Shown: positions 1 to 9,683 of the stretch, one piece after another | Numbering within the stretch: the stretch's first letter is position 1 | How the letters are laid out: the number at the start of each line of letters is the position of its first letter | Source of the DNA: Aureliella sp. | GTDB taxonomy: Bacteria > Planctomycetota > Planctomycetia > Pirellulales > Pirellulaceae | Assembly (NCBI GenBank): GCA_963691875.1 | Contig: OY829846.1 | Span: 2,944,001-3,008,000 of the forward strand | DNA: 64,000 nucleotides | Direction of reading: 5' to 3' | Notes under the pieces: generated by a model | What the model was told of the DNA's origin: nothing | Seen by the model: the letters and a program-made list of their open reading frames with translations, nothing else | The model's database searches: none | Made by a program: the position numbers and the translations under genes

Positions 1-529
1 CCCTAACTTGTTCGAAGGTGGTTCATCGGTTGAGCAAGTTGTTGCAAACATCGATATTGCACCAACAGTCATGCAAGCCATGGGATTGGAGAAACCGGCT
101 CATATGGATGGGCAAAGTTTCATTCCGCTTGCCCAAGGAAAATCGACTCCATGGCGTGACTACTTTCTGTACTGCTATTACTGGGAGCAGAACTATCCGC
201 AAACGCCAACCCATTTTTCCTTGCGGGGCGATCAATACAAATACACGACCTATTATGGTGTCTGGGACACCGATGAACTCTTTGATGTCCAAGCCGATCC
301 AGACGAACAGAACAACCTGATTCATGATCCCAAATTTGCCAAGATTAAGCAGCAGATGCAGACCCGGCTTTATTCCATGATGGATGAGCTGGGCGGAATG
401 CAGATTCCGCTCAATCCACCGCGCGGCAATCAACAGAACAAGCGTCTGAGAAGCCGCGGTGCCGAGCCAGCTGACTTTCCGGACGCTTTCATTGTCGACC
501 AGCCATTGCGGAAAGAATTGAAGAATTAA
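1..529 (+). CDS. Sulfatase, C-terminal part (truncated by window start)
   Basis: NIDIAPT, DGQSF, YKY and ELFDVQADPDEQNNL are typical sulfatase C-terminal motifs; frame is open to the window edge. Confidence 0.85.
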   Translation, partial: PNLFEGGSSVEQVVANIDIAPTVMQAMGLEKPAHMDGQSFIPLAQGKSTPWRDYFLYCYYWEQNYPQTPTHFSLRGDQYKYTTYYGVWDTDELFDVQADPDEQNNLIHDPKFAKIKQQMQTRLYSMMDELGGMQIPLNPPRGNQQNKRLRSRGAEPADFPDAFIVDQPLRKELKN

Positions 530-702
530 CGCTGCTTGTTCTCTTTCGCGGCTTCTCCGCTTTCGGTTTAGTGGGCACAGGTGGTCTGCAGGCGTGACTC
601 GAGAATTAGTCATGGCAAGAAAACGACCACGCAAGGCTGTTTGCTACCATTCGTTATCGAGACGGCGAGCTTTCGGGCAAAGACGCCGCAAGACAAGACT
701 TC

Positions 703-1101
703 CTACCAGACAACTTGCTCGCCCAAAACATTCTGGTGCACAATAGCGTAAAAAGCAAAAGCAAAAAGACCAGCGGAAACAACGACTGCAAAGTAGGCGG
801 GCAGCACGAAGGACAAAATCACCCCTCGTTTCGCCCCAGCACTTCCGGCTATAAGGCAGCCGATGGCTGCCCCCCAAAGTGGAAAAACAAAGACAGCCGC
901 AAAGAAACTGGTGAGGATCTTCATCACGCCCAGTGAGATAGCAAGCAGCGTGGTGCTCGCCAGAATTCGCTTTGTCGTGATCCGCGATGGTTGCACCCTG
1001 AGACGAGAGACGTCCCAGTTGCCGGGAAGCATCATGTCCCAAACAGATGTTCTTTGCTGATTCATCGACACCGCCGCATCAAGTGATTCCTCGCTCGCCA
1101 T
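703..1101 (-). CDS. Hypothetical multi-pass membrane protein
   Basis: 132-aa ORF with 3-4 hydrophobic segments. Confidence 0.6.
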   Translation of the reverse strand: MASEESLDAAVSMNQQRTSVWDMMLPGNWDVSRLRVQPSRITTKRILASTTLLAISLGVMKILTSFFAAVFVFPLWGAAIGCLIAGSAGAKRGVILSFVLPAYFAVVVSAGLFAFAFYAIVHQNVLGEQVVW

Positions 1102-1207
1102 TTTTCATTTCACTCGAAAGTGAACACATTGCAAGGATGGGCATTCTCGCTATTCGTCAGGATGCGACGAGTCTTGGGCACGAATCTCGGCCTGGAGTAT
1201 CCGAATC

Positions 1208-1924
1208 TTACAGGGCGAGCCAACTGCTCAAAGTCTGGCGGTCGGTGAGTCCAATTTTTCGCTTCACGGCCCGTCCACCCTTAAGCACAACCAAGGTTGG
1301 CAGGCGCTCAGCTTGAAATCGCTGGGCGACCTCTTTGTGCTGATCTACATCGACTTTGATGATCGTCGCCCCGAGTTGATTGGCCGTCGACTCCAATTGA
1401 TGTAGCGTCTTGCCCTGCTTGCGGCACGGCCCACACCAATCCGCGTAAAAGTCCAGAAGAACGACGCCGGGAGCTTGCTGAACAATTTGGTCAAGGCTTT
1501 CGCCAGGGCCGAGCGTATGCAACACAGGAACTCTGCGCTGAGCAACGGCGGGTTTCACATTCCGGTAAGCTGTGTTTTGAGGACTCGCCGTTTGAGCGCT
1601 AACGGGCTGAGCGCTAACGGGCTGAGCGCTAACGGGCTGAGCGCTAACGGGGCGCTGAGGCTGCTGTTGTGCAGGAAAGGATAACGCCGCTCCAACCTGA
1701 GGAGGCTGAGCCGCTGGAGTCGAATTCACTTGGTCAGTCGAAGCTTGCCCTGGCGCGTCCCACTGGCTTACTTCTCTTTCAAGCTCGGAATCTCGCGAGC
1801 CGAAAAAATTAAATCGCTCTGCGAGCCCTGATCCAGTACACCCTGAGAACAAACCTACGAACCCGAACACGACTACGGAACGCAAGATACCATTCGAGTG
1901 CATTTTGTGATAAGAGTTCGCCAT
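1208..1924 (-). CDS. Lipoprotein-anchored thioredoxin with low-complexity linker
   Basis: Lipobox-like LFSGC after a hydrophobic stretch, Q/P/A linker, C-terminal DFYADWCGPC and cis-Pro LPT motif; AGGAG upstream. Confidence 0.88.
   Translation of the reverse strand: MANSYHKMHSNGILRSVVVFGFVGLFSGCTGSGLAERFNFFGSRDSELEREVSQWDAPGQASTDQVNSTPAAQPPQVGAALSFPAQQQPQRPVSAQPVSAQPVSAQPVSAQTASPQNTAYRNVKPAVAQRRVPVLHTLGPGESLDQIVQQAPGVVLLDFYADWCGPCRKQGKTLHQLESTANQLGATIIKVDVDQHKEVAQRFQAERLPTLVVLKGGRAVKRKIGLTDRQTLSSWLAL
1593..1651. repeat. 15-bp coding tandem repeat (TGAGCGCTAACGGGC x ~3.9) encoding QPVSA repeats
   Basis: Near-perfect tandem copies read directly from the sequence. Confidence 0.95.
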
Positions 1925-2282
1925 GAGGTTTTACCTTGACTCCTAATGCGGAATGCTGTTGCTTTGGTTTACCAACTTGAGTGACAAGAAGCGCTGCTCA
2001 ACTGCGAATGCTTCTCATCCAGTGGAGTGAATAGCAAAACTTGCCCCTGGAAGGCAATTGCCTTTTGCATTCATCGGCCGCAAAATGGATTGCATTAGCG
2101 TGGAAACGAGCACTTTCACACTCGATAGGGGATGAATCGCATTCTCCGTGAGACAGTTCTCGAAACGGACCACCGACCACACACCCCGACTGCTAGCATC
2201 AGCCTTGCCACAAAGAACCGGTGAGCGACGCTTTTAGATTATTTTTACGCCGTTACACAATTGATGAGTTCAACCACTCACC

Positions 2283-4562
2283 TCAATCAGCGAGCGTCAA
2301 GTTTGCTTGCAGCCATCGATAGCACCAACGGGCCGCAGTGGATGAAGGCGAGACAAAAACCGCGTTTACTTTCGCTCCTGGCGCGACCTTCAATCTTTCT
2401 GGAATGGGCACAATCGCGGCATATCGGAAGCCCTCGCCCGGACGTGTCTGAAATTCCGGCTGAGAGCCTGCTATCCAAGTTTGCTCCACGTCTTCGAGAA
2501 GCGTAATTCGTTCAATCTGAGACATTGCAACGTCATTCGCTGCCACACCTTGCCAATCCAGACGAAGCCGAACTTCTGTTCCTGCAGCTAGATCGGCCAA
2601 CTGGGAATCGCGCAACGGAAGCACTGCTAGCGACTCGCGACTGTGAACCATGCCAAGTAAAGTTCCCTGTCGGAGCCAACGTCCCAACTGCTCATGCAGC
2701 CCCAAGCGATTGAATGCGCCCGGTGGCTTCGACATGCTGGTGTAACTGACTGGATGATAAGCTGCTTCGGCTTCTTCAGCAGGCTGGAGCATCGCACTCG
2801 TGAACACCCCTTCGTACTTAGCCGACAATTGCAGCAGCTCCAACTCGTGAAAAGCGTTGGCTGCTAGCGTGCCGCGCGTCGCGACATCGGTTTTCGCAAC
2901 TACCAGTTCCACCTCTTGCTGGTGCATGTCGCGTTCCCGCTGCAAAGCTTGCAACCGAGTCTTCGCTTGCTCAGCTGCAGCTCGGCGACGCAGATACTGA
3001 AGTTGCAAATCAGGATTCTTGAGCTGGAAGAGTCGTGTCCCCGCGCGAACCCAGCTACCATCTTCCACATAACAAGCTGCAAGTCGCGAATCCGAAGGAA
3101 TGTAGATACCGTGAGAGCGGAACGGCTGCACCCAACCAGTACTACTTCGTCGCCCTGGGATCGGCAACAAGAAAAACGTAGCCAGTAACATGGTCGCAAT
3201 AATCGCCAGGCGGAACCTAGGTCGCCAAGCGTTTGAGTATTCGCCAGTGCGTCGAACCAAGGAGCCTGCGAAGCGGACAAGTGGTGCAATTATCATGGCC
3301 GCAATGACAACGACCGCAAGGGTTCGTCCGATCCACACCAACTGCCAACGGCTGTAGATCATCACCAGAATGCCTGCGATGGTACTCGCAAGAAGAACTC
3401 GATAAGTCCAGCAAGAAAAAGCGAAGAGCACATACCCCCACTCTTTGGCAGCTACGGAATCCGGCGACGCTGGCTCATTTCGCTTTGGCCCAAGTAACCA
3501 ACTTTGCAGAGCATTCGAACCAGCGTCATCAGCTCTTCGCCGCAAGTTGGCTTGATCAATCCAGTCCGCCAGAATGTAGTAGCCATCGAAGCGCATCAAT
3601 GGGTTTGCATTCACTACAAGTGTACTGAGAGAGCATACCGTGATGATATGTAGGGCGACGGTATTTGCAGCTCCATCTCGGGTGTAGCACCAAACCCAAA
3701 ACGCAATCGCTGCAACGACAAGTTCCACGTAGATTCCGGCTGCAGCGATGGCCGCGCGCTGCCAGCGTTTCTTGAGTTTCCAACTTTCACTCACATCGCA
3801 GTACACGCAGGGTGTACCAAGAATCATCAACAAACCAATATCAGGGCAGCGAACTCCGAATCGCTTGCATGCGAAGGCGTGACCAAGTTCGTGCAGTGCT
3901 CTTGTCACAACGAAGACAATAAAGAGCAATCCAAAACTCTGCGGCTGCATCCACATTTGCCAGCTCATTCCCTGTGCCAGCAATCGATCGAAGTTGAGTA
4001 ACGCGGCGATGGCGGAGAACACCGTGAAGCCGGACCAAAACAGTGCGGCTCGCCTACTAAACAGGACATCCAGCGATCGTGACCATCGCTCGAGCCAAGC
4101 GTCCGCATTGATTCCAGGCAGCCTCCAAACTGTAATGGTTTGAATTGCTTTCGCCCAATGACTCCGACTAGCTCGTAGCCTTGGCGAGTCCGAATCACCG
4201 AAGCCAGAGACCAAAGTGTTTTGCCAGAATCGAGTGAGCTGCATTATCAACCATTGCGGCTCTGAGCAAATCGTCGGGTACTGTGCCCTCATGGCATGGT
4301 AGATTTGCGAAACCGTGCTCTTGCCATCGCAATGCTTTAGCAAGGCATACTCGACTTCTCCAATTCGGATGGTCTTGCGCGTCGCTGGATCAAAGACGAT
4401 CCAGCGCTGTGCCGATTCGTCGTGCGTGAACTGCAGTTCGGCTCTGGCTGATGGTCGTTGCTCCAACAGCTCAACCGATGAATTCGCACGCTGCTGCGAC
4501 GACTCACCTGCGGCGCGCTGAGACTCATTGAGATCATGAGCTGTGAGAGAGATGCCATCCAT
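2283..4562 (-). CDS. PqqD-like domain + M50 (site-2) zinc metalloprotease + membrane-fusion (HlyD-like) domain
   Basis: N-terminal WIVFDP...LLKHCDGKSTVSQI winged-helix pattern, HELGH, NANPLMRFDGYY, TM helices, then lipoyl-like YVEDGSWVRAG and coiled coil. Confidence 0.85.
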   Translation of the reverse strand: MDGISLTAHDLNESQRAAGESSQQRANSSVELLEQRPSARAELQFTHDESAQRWIVFDPATRKTIRIGEVEYALLKHCDGKSTVSQIYHAMRAQYPTICSEPQWLIMQLTRFWQNTLVSGFGDSDSPRLRASRSHWAKAIQTITVWRLPGINADAWLERWSRSLDVLFSRRAALFWSGFTVFSAIAALLNFDRLLAQGMSWQMWMQPQSFGLLFIVFVVTRALHELGHAFACKRFGVRCPDIGLLMILGTPCVYCDVSESWKLKKRWQRAAIAAAGIYVELVVAAIAFWVWCYTRDGAANTVALHIITVCSLSTLVVNANPLMRFDGYYILADWIDQANLRRRADDAGSNALQSWLLGPKRNEPASPDSVAAKEWGYVLFAFSCWTYRVLLASTIAGILVMIYSRWQLVWIGRTLAVVVIAAMIIAPLVRFAGSLVRRTGEYSNAWRPRFRLAIIATMLLATFFLLPIPGRRSSTGWVQPFRSHGIYIPSDSRLAACYVEDGSWVRAGTRLFQLKNPDLQLQYLRRRAAAEQAKTRLQALQRERDMHQQEVELVVAKTDVATRGTLAANAFHELELLQLSAKYEGVFTSAMLQPAEEAEAAYHPVSYTSMSKPPGAFNRLGLHEQLGRWLRQGTLLGMVHSRESLAVLPLRDSQLADLAAGTEVRLRLDWQGVAANDVAMSQIERITLLEDVEQTWIAGSQPEFQTRPGEGFRYAAIVPIPERLKVAPGAKVNAVFVSPSSTAARWCYRWLQANLTLAD

Positions 4563-4595
4563 GACGTCGATTACTCGAACTTGGTTCCGCCGTTC

Positions 4596-5594
4596 TTAAT
4601 TGATTTCAGAACGAATTATTGTTGCTCGGGTAGAGACAGTCTGCTCTGAGCCACGGACGTTGATCTTTTCGAAGTCAATGTCCTGCCCACTCTTGAGAAA
4701 GACTTTGACATTCATTCCAGGCAATAAGAGCCAACTGCCATCAACCTGACGATTTTGAACGCGAATATGAATCCGCGAGAGCCCTTTCGCACTGACCTCA
4801 TGGTCATAAGAAGCGACTTCGCCCTGAACTACCACGGTTTTCCGGCTGCGATTATCTACGAATTGCACCCTGACCTCCGCTCCTAACAAATCATGCAACT
4901 TGAAAGCGTCGATCGGGATTGAACGATCGATTACTAGGCGCGACAGATCCGTGATTTGCAATATTGGCTCGCCCGCTTGGACCCATTGTCCCGAGTGCTT
5001 ATAGCGTTTCGAGACAACGCCTGAAAGCGGCGCCGTGACGCTCCTTCGCTTCAAAGAGATTTTTGCCGCCTCTAAACTAGCTGCCTTGAGCTGGGCGTCG
5101 ACCGCAGCGCGTTGCTGAGAATGCTTTGCTCGAACCAATGCAACTTTTGCTTGTTCCCAAGCTAGTTTTTTTTGCCGAAGCTCGCTGTCGCTGAAGCGTG
5201 TGGCTATCTTCTCATAATTACGATACTCCTCTTCTCGTTGCTCCATCGCAAACTGATGAAATTCGATGTCGGAGTTATCCGTGGCGAGCGCCTTGGCTGA
5301 TAGGAGTTCGTATTGTGCCAGCCGCTGCGAGAGCTGCGCAATGTCCTCTTCTAGTCGCGCAAGAACCGCGTCCTCCTGAACCGCCTGGTTCTGATCTACG
5401 TCCACGGAAGACAGCAGACCGCTTTCCAAAGCAGGCACGTCCACAACTCGCTCCGCTCGGACTGGGCAATTTTCAAAGGCTTGCCACCCTGGCGGAAGCG
5501 AACTTTCGCTCTGTCCACCTGCCAACGACTGTAGCCAACCGAGACTGACCAGAAAGGCTCCGAAAACGAGACGTGATTTCAGTGCAACCAACAT
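4596..5594 (-). CDS. HlyD/efflux periplasmic adaptor (membrane fusion protein)
   Basis: Signal peptide, VPALESG lipoyl half, coiled-coil hairpin, VTAPLSGVV...GQWVQAGEP, LLPGM. Confidence 0.85.
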   Translation of the reverse strand: MLVALKSRLVFGAFLVSLGWLQSLAGGQSESSLPPGWQAFENCPVRAERVVDVPALESGLLSSVDVDQNQAVQEDAVLARLEEDIAQLSQRLAQYELLSAKALATDNSDIEFHQFAMEQREEEYRNYEKIATRFSDSELRQKKLAWEQAKVALVRAKHSQQRAAVDAQLKAASLEAAKISLKRRSVTAPLSGVVSKRYKHSGQWVQAGEPILQITDLSRLVIDRSIPIDAFKLHDLLGAEVRVQFVDNRSRKTVVVQGEVASYDHEVSAKGLSRIHIRVQNRQVDGSWLLLPGMNVKVFLKSGQDIDFEKINVRGSEQTVSTRATIIRSEIN

Positions 5595-5602
5595 GGAACT
5601 TG

Positions 5603-7777
5603 TTACCGATAGAGGAGAAAGCGAGTGCGAATCGCCCAGTATGCATCACGAATCACGAGCCAGTAGACCGGGACCGTACCACAATCAATGGTCGCATTCG
5701 CGACCGCTCCGTCCTTGCGAATCGGTAGCTGTGATGCTTCCAAACTTGCCTCCCCATAAAGGACTGCAGCGTTGGTTTCACCCGAGACGATCTGCGAAGC
5801 AAGCCTCTCCAACCTAGCTTCCAGGGCCTGATCAGGATGGCTTAACAGCGAGAATCGCACCTTCGGCTTGGAACTGTCATCCCGTAGATTCGCCATAACC
5901 AGACCAATCCGATTTTGAGGCACTGCGACCTGCAAACGCCAGGGGCCGGATGGGTCATACGTCGTAGCCAGTAGCTGACCAGCCTTTACGGGACGCTTGT
6001 ATAGGCGATTGGCCAGATCCCAGGTTGAAACCTTACCGGAGCCCAAAGCAAAGACCTGTAGATCTTTCTGGCTCTGGGCAAGTACCTGCACCTGTTGGTT
6101 GAGGGAGCTTTGCAAACTGACAAGTTGCCCAAGCTGGGCCTCCATCCGGTCTCGTTCCAAAGCTGTAATAGACTTATCGCGGGCCAGCCTGTTTTCCAAC
6201 TCTTCAATCCGGTGGTGTGCTAGCTCATGTTCACCCAGTAATGATTCGACTTGGCTGTCAAGCTTTCGACTCCGAAGACTCAGCAGCGGTTGCTGATCGT
6301 CGACAACTTCGCCTTCGTGTACATAAACATTTTCAACAAAAGCGTCCATCGGCGCGTAATAGGCATACTTGTTCACAGGTTGCAGCACCGCCTGCACTTG
6401 AACTTGCTGCGGCATCGGAAAAAATCCAACACAGGCAACCAAGACTGCAGCCACCGCCCACATCGCAATGCGACGAAGCTGCCCACCAGAGGACTTAGCC
6501 TTCGGTTGCAGCCAAGAGTTCGTTCGAGGCGCTGCCGCCAGTGCAGCTGAGGCATCGAGCAGCTCGAGCGTCCTTGTCGTCTTCAGTGGCGATATTTGAT
6601 CGACTCCCGCATTGGCGAGAGCTGCGGTCTGTTCGGCATCAAAGCACAGAAGCCAGGAATGCAGCGGTGATTCAGGGGAGTCGTAGACTGCCAGCGAACG
6701 ACAGTGCAGCAGATCGCAAACTGAATCGATTGCCTGTTGGTCTGTTGCAGCCAGGAGCTGTTTGGGGTTCAGGGCCGAGTCTCGTTCCTCTAAAACTCGA
6801 CGATCGGAAGCGTAGAAAAACTGGATGGAGCGGCTGTTCTTCTCGGAGGGCTGCAGAGACTTGTCGAGCAATGGAGTAAGAGCCACGATCTGCTCGGCCA
6901 CTTCACTTCGCGGATCAAGTTCATCCAGGTGAGAAGCAGCGAGCACCTTGGGACGCTGCAGCGGCCAACTCGCGAGTTGTAGCCAGTAGGCTTGTTGGGC
7001 ATGCAGTGTTTCGCAAAGCCCACTTACTGCAATTCGAGACCGCAAGCGAGCATCACGACACTGTAGTGCCTCGCAGATCCATTTCTCGGTCTTGTCTGCC
7101 AGCTCTTGACGCTTAGTCAGTTCCTTGACCAGTTGACGGCGAAGATAGTCCGCGAGTAAGTCCGCCATTTGCGCAAGGAATCGCAGATAACCTCGTTGCG
7201 CTGCTGGTCCACCACAAGCAGTTTGAACAACCTCTACCAAGCACTCCACTTCGCCTTCGAGTGTCACAGGAACGATCACCAGCGCTTCGTTCGTTGGATT
7301 ACTCGGGCGCTCTGCATCTACCGCAACTGCTTGCGGCGGAATGAGAATGGGTTGCCTCTCGCGTACCACGCTTTCTAGAATTCTAGCGTGTTCTTTTGAC
7401 GCTTCGCCGGAATCAGTAAGTAGTTCCAACGGCATTTGATAATGCGCGCGTGACTGGAACGAATGCGTTGGTGCCGCAACGGTGTCGGCCTGACCCGCCC
7501 CAGCCGAGCAGTTTCGAGGACTATTCCATACAGCTGCACCCGAGGCCCCCATTGCCAGGGTAAGTTTCGTCAGAAATCCTTGAAAAAAGTCTCCCCTCGA
7601 TAGATCCGAGTGCGCTAGCTGCGCGATCTCGGCCGAAAGCTTTCGAATTTCAGTTTTGGTTTGCTTCACGTGAGGGGCATCAAGCGAAGCCACATTGGGC
7701 AAGCCATCGATGGGCCCCGACGAGAGTAACCGGTCAGCGCTTGCTGTAAAGGTTCTGATTGGATCGATCGTTGACAA
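5603..7777 (-). CDS. GAF-like domain(s) + TM + HlyD-like membrane fusion protein
   Basis: N-terminal GAF-like region (GAAVW...VIVPV...VEVVQ), single TM, APMDAFVENVYVHEGEVV lipoyl motif and coiled coil. Confidence 0.8.
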   Translation of the reverse strand: MSTIDPIRTFTASADRLLSSGPIDGLPNVASLDAPHVKQTKTEIRKLSAEIAQLAHSDLSRGDFFQGFLTKLTLAMGASGAAVWNSPRNCSAGAGQADTVAAPTHSFQSRAHYQMPLELLTDSGEASKEHARILESVVRERQPILIPPQAVAVDAERPSNPTNEALVIVPVTLEGEVECLVEVVQTACGGPAAQRGYLRFLAQMADLLADYLRRQLVKELTKRQELADKTEKWICEALQCRDARLRSRIAVSGLCETLHAQQAYWLQLASWPLQRPKVLAASHLDELDPRSEVAEQIVALTPLLDKSLQPSEKNSRSIQFFYASDRRVLEERDSALNPKQLLAATDQQAIDSVCDLLHCRSLAVYDSPESPLHSWLLCFDAEQTAALANAGVDQISPLKTTRTLELLDASAALAAAPRTNSWLQPKAKSSGGQLRRIAMWAVAAVLVACVGFFPMPQQVQVQAVLQPVNKYAYYAPMDAFVENVYVHEGEVVDDQQPLLSLRSRKLDSQVESLLGEHELAHHRIEELENRLARDKSITALERDRMEAQLGQLVSLQSSLNQQVQVLAQSQKDLQVFALGSGKVSTWDLANRLYKRPVKAGQLLATTYDPSGPWRLQVAVPQNRIGLVMANLRDDSSKPKVRFSLLSHPDQALEARLERLASQIVSGETNAAVLYGEASLEASQLPIRKDGAVANATIDCGTVPVYWLVIRDAYWAIRTRFLLYR

Positions 7778-7897
7778 TCCGTTACACCTTGACCGCCAAA
7801 CTCGAAACTCATCTTATTGAAGCCACCAGCGCTTCTGGCGAACGGCAACAGCTGTGACGACTCAACCAGCCCCGCTCGAAACGGAATGCGCGAGGAA

Positions 7898-8335
7898 TTA
7901 GTTGGACCAATTCAGATTGGACTGCGCTCGCGGGTCAACACCACCGGTTCCCGGAGCGGCGCCCATATTTGTGACTCCCATTGGTGGCTGTCCGAAACCT
8001 GGCTGTGTCGAAGCCGTGGTCACGCCTCCCATGCTTCCAGCTGGAGTTGTATAAGTTGCTGGAGCCACGCCCGTGCTGTATCCCGGAACTCCAGCGGCAG
8101 TCATAACGGATGGGTTCACAGGGGTTCCCGGATAGACTTGCGAAACCGAGCCGCCAGTCTGGTTGTAGTAGTTTGATGGAACATTGTAGGTGCCCGTACC
8201 TGGTGGCTGAATCCTTGCCGGGTACTGCATGGGGTACCCCATCCACGACTTACAACCACTGAGAGAAAGCAAGCCCAGGCAACAAGCGAGTACGGCCGAC
8301 TTGGAAACAAATACTCTCACGGAAAAACTCCTCAC
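7898..8335 (-). CDS. Gly/Pro/Thr-rich lipoprotein
   Basis: LLSLSGC lipobox followed by PPGTG and low-complexity sequence. Confidence 0.7.
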   Translation of the reverse strand: MRSFSVRVFVSKSAVLACCLGLLSLSGCKSWMGYPMQYPARIQPPGTGTYNVPSNYYNQTGGSVSQVYPGTPVNPSVMTAAGVPGYSTGVAPATYTTPAGSMGGVTTASTQPGFGQPPMGVTNMGAAPGTGGVDPRAQSNLNWSN

Positions 8336-8454
8336 GCGTTAGGCGACGAACAAGATTCGCCGGAACAATTCGATGGAGGGACCCTAGTCATTCCGCAGAC
8401 CTACCGCCAGAGCATTTCCTTGTGCTAGCTCTCTCCTTCCACTCCTCAATCGCA

Positions 8455-8598
8455 TTACTCTTACTCCTGGTCGTTGTCCTACTCGTACTCGAAAAACTGG
8501 TGCGTCACAGAACCAAGCAGTTTTGATTTAATAGAAACAAAGGCGATCAATCCCGAGTACTTCTGCGGTGAGTACGACTACCGCTTCGCTGAGTACGG
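8455..8598. repeat. TACTC/GAGTAC hexamer-based inverted repeat element
   Basis: Left TTACTC TTACTC ... CTACTC GTACTC G; right CGAGTAC ... GAGTACGACTACCGCTTCGCTGAGTACG. Confidence 0.6.
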
Positions 8599-8636
8599 GC
8601 TCCATGGCGCTGAGATCTGTTTGCGAAACGACATTC

Positions 8637-8903
8637 CTAAACCGCAAGAGCTTCTTCTTTGGACCAAATTGGGACTGGCATTACATAGTCATGAGCCGAT
8701 TTGACTTGTACTTCGCTACAGCGGCTTAATTGAAACTGCCGAGGCTCGCATCGGCATAGGCAGAGTCCTAGAAATCGCCCATTGGGAAGAAAACGGATAG
8801 GACTGACGACTCGAACCGTTCTTTTTCCTTTGGAATCCAAGTACTCCATCTCCACTACCAAGTCGTCTGATTGCCGCATTGCTTTTGTTAGGAGGTATTT
8901 CAT
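8637..8903 (-). CDS. Stand-alone WYL-domain protein
   Basis: MEYLDSKGKRTVRVVSP...LGLCLCRCEPRQFQLSR matches WYL pattern (Y..G..T.R.V.P...C..R...R.F...R); GAGGA RBS. Confidence 0.8.
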   Translation of the reverse strand: MKYLLTKAMRQSDDLVVEMEYLDSKGKRTVRVVSPIRFLPNGRFLGLCLCRCEPRQFQLSRCSEVQVKSAHDYVMPVPIWSKEEALAV

Positions 8904-9294
8904 TTGTAATCTTCCTCTTTGCTGTGGGATTTCGTCTCAGCTGGCTGACTTTTGTACCTGTAGCTTCGCTGGTCGCCGGACACCTCTGGTCCCTCCACTC
9001 GGCAATTCAGAACTTGATAGCGGGATTTGCCAGTATCCAGCACTTCTCCAACTCCCTTCTGAGCCTCGCCATCCTCCTTACTGATTGCTTCCACATCCCA
9101 TCAAGACCCTCAGACCGTCTCAAAATGCGACACAGCGAATCCCTTTGACTTGCATATTGTAGAAAGAGCCTTGCTTTTGAAGGGACTGACAAAATAGCGA
9201 GGCCGGTCACAGGCGCACGGAGACGAATCGTAAAACTCATGCAAAAAACAACTTAGGGCAATCCGCGCGACTTCCCCTGCAGTCAAATTACTGT

Positions 9295-9311
9295 TTGGCA
9301 CAGTTTTTGCT
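9295..9311 (+). promoter_or_regulatory. Sigma-54 (-24/-12) promoter
   Basis: TTGGCACAGTTTTTGCT is an exact TGGCAC-N5-TTGCW match, ~95 bp upstream of the 9405 ATG. Confidence 0.8.
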
Positions 9312-9404
9312 GATCATGCAACCCGTATGATTGACACATTCGTGACAGACATGCAGGGAGTCATCCCGCCCAAGTAAGAGCCCTTTAGTACAAGGAAGCA
9401 AGCC

Positions 9405-9653
9405 ATGCCTACTCAGATGACAAAAGTTCCTGCCCGAGCTACCATTCCGATGGTTTTGGATATGAAAACGATTCGCAACCGTGTTGCGGCCATTAAAGCT
9501 TCATGGAGCCCCGAAACCGCCAAGTCGCGGGCGGCTGAAGGAGCCAAGCGCCGCGAAGACTTGGAGAACATGCTGTTAGAGTTGATGTGTGATGTAGAAG
9601 ACTCGGAAGGGTCCTGCGATCTCGAAGAGTGCGGGTTTAGCCTGGTGGGTTAA
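9405..9653 (+). CDS. Small hypothetical protein (82 aa)
   Basis: AAGGA RBS, ATG start, helical character, preceded by sigma-54 promoter and followed by a hairpin. Confidence 0.7.
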   Translation: MPTQMTKVPARATIPMVLDMKTIRNRVAAIKASWSPETAKSRAAEGAKRREDLENMLLELMCDVEDSEGSCDLEECGFSLVG

Positions 9654-9683
9654 CACTTGTCGTGTTGGCTCACCACCAGCGGC

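Noticed and set aside
1593..1651. CRISPR-like array
   Set aside because: Contiguous 15-bp coding repeats with no spacers and no cas genes
8900..9240. Short ORFs upstream of the WYL gene (64 and 77 aa)
   Set aside because: No recognisable motif or properly spaced RBS; may be leader sequence
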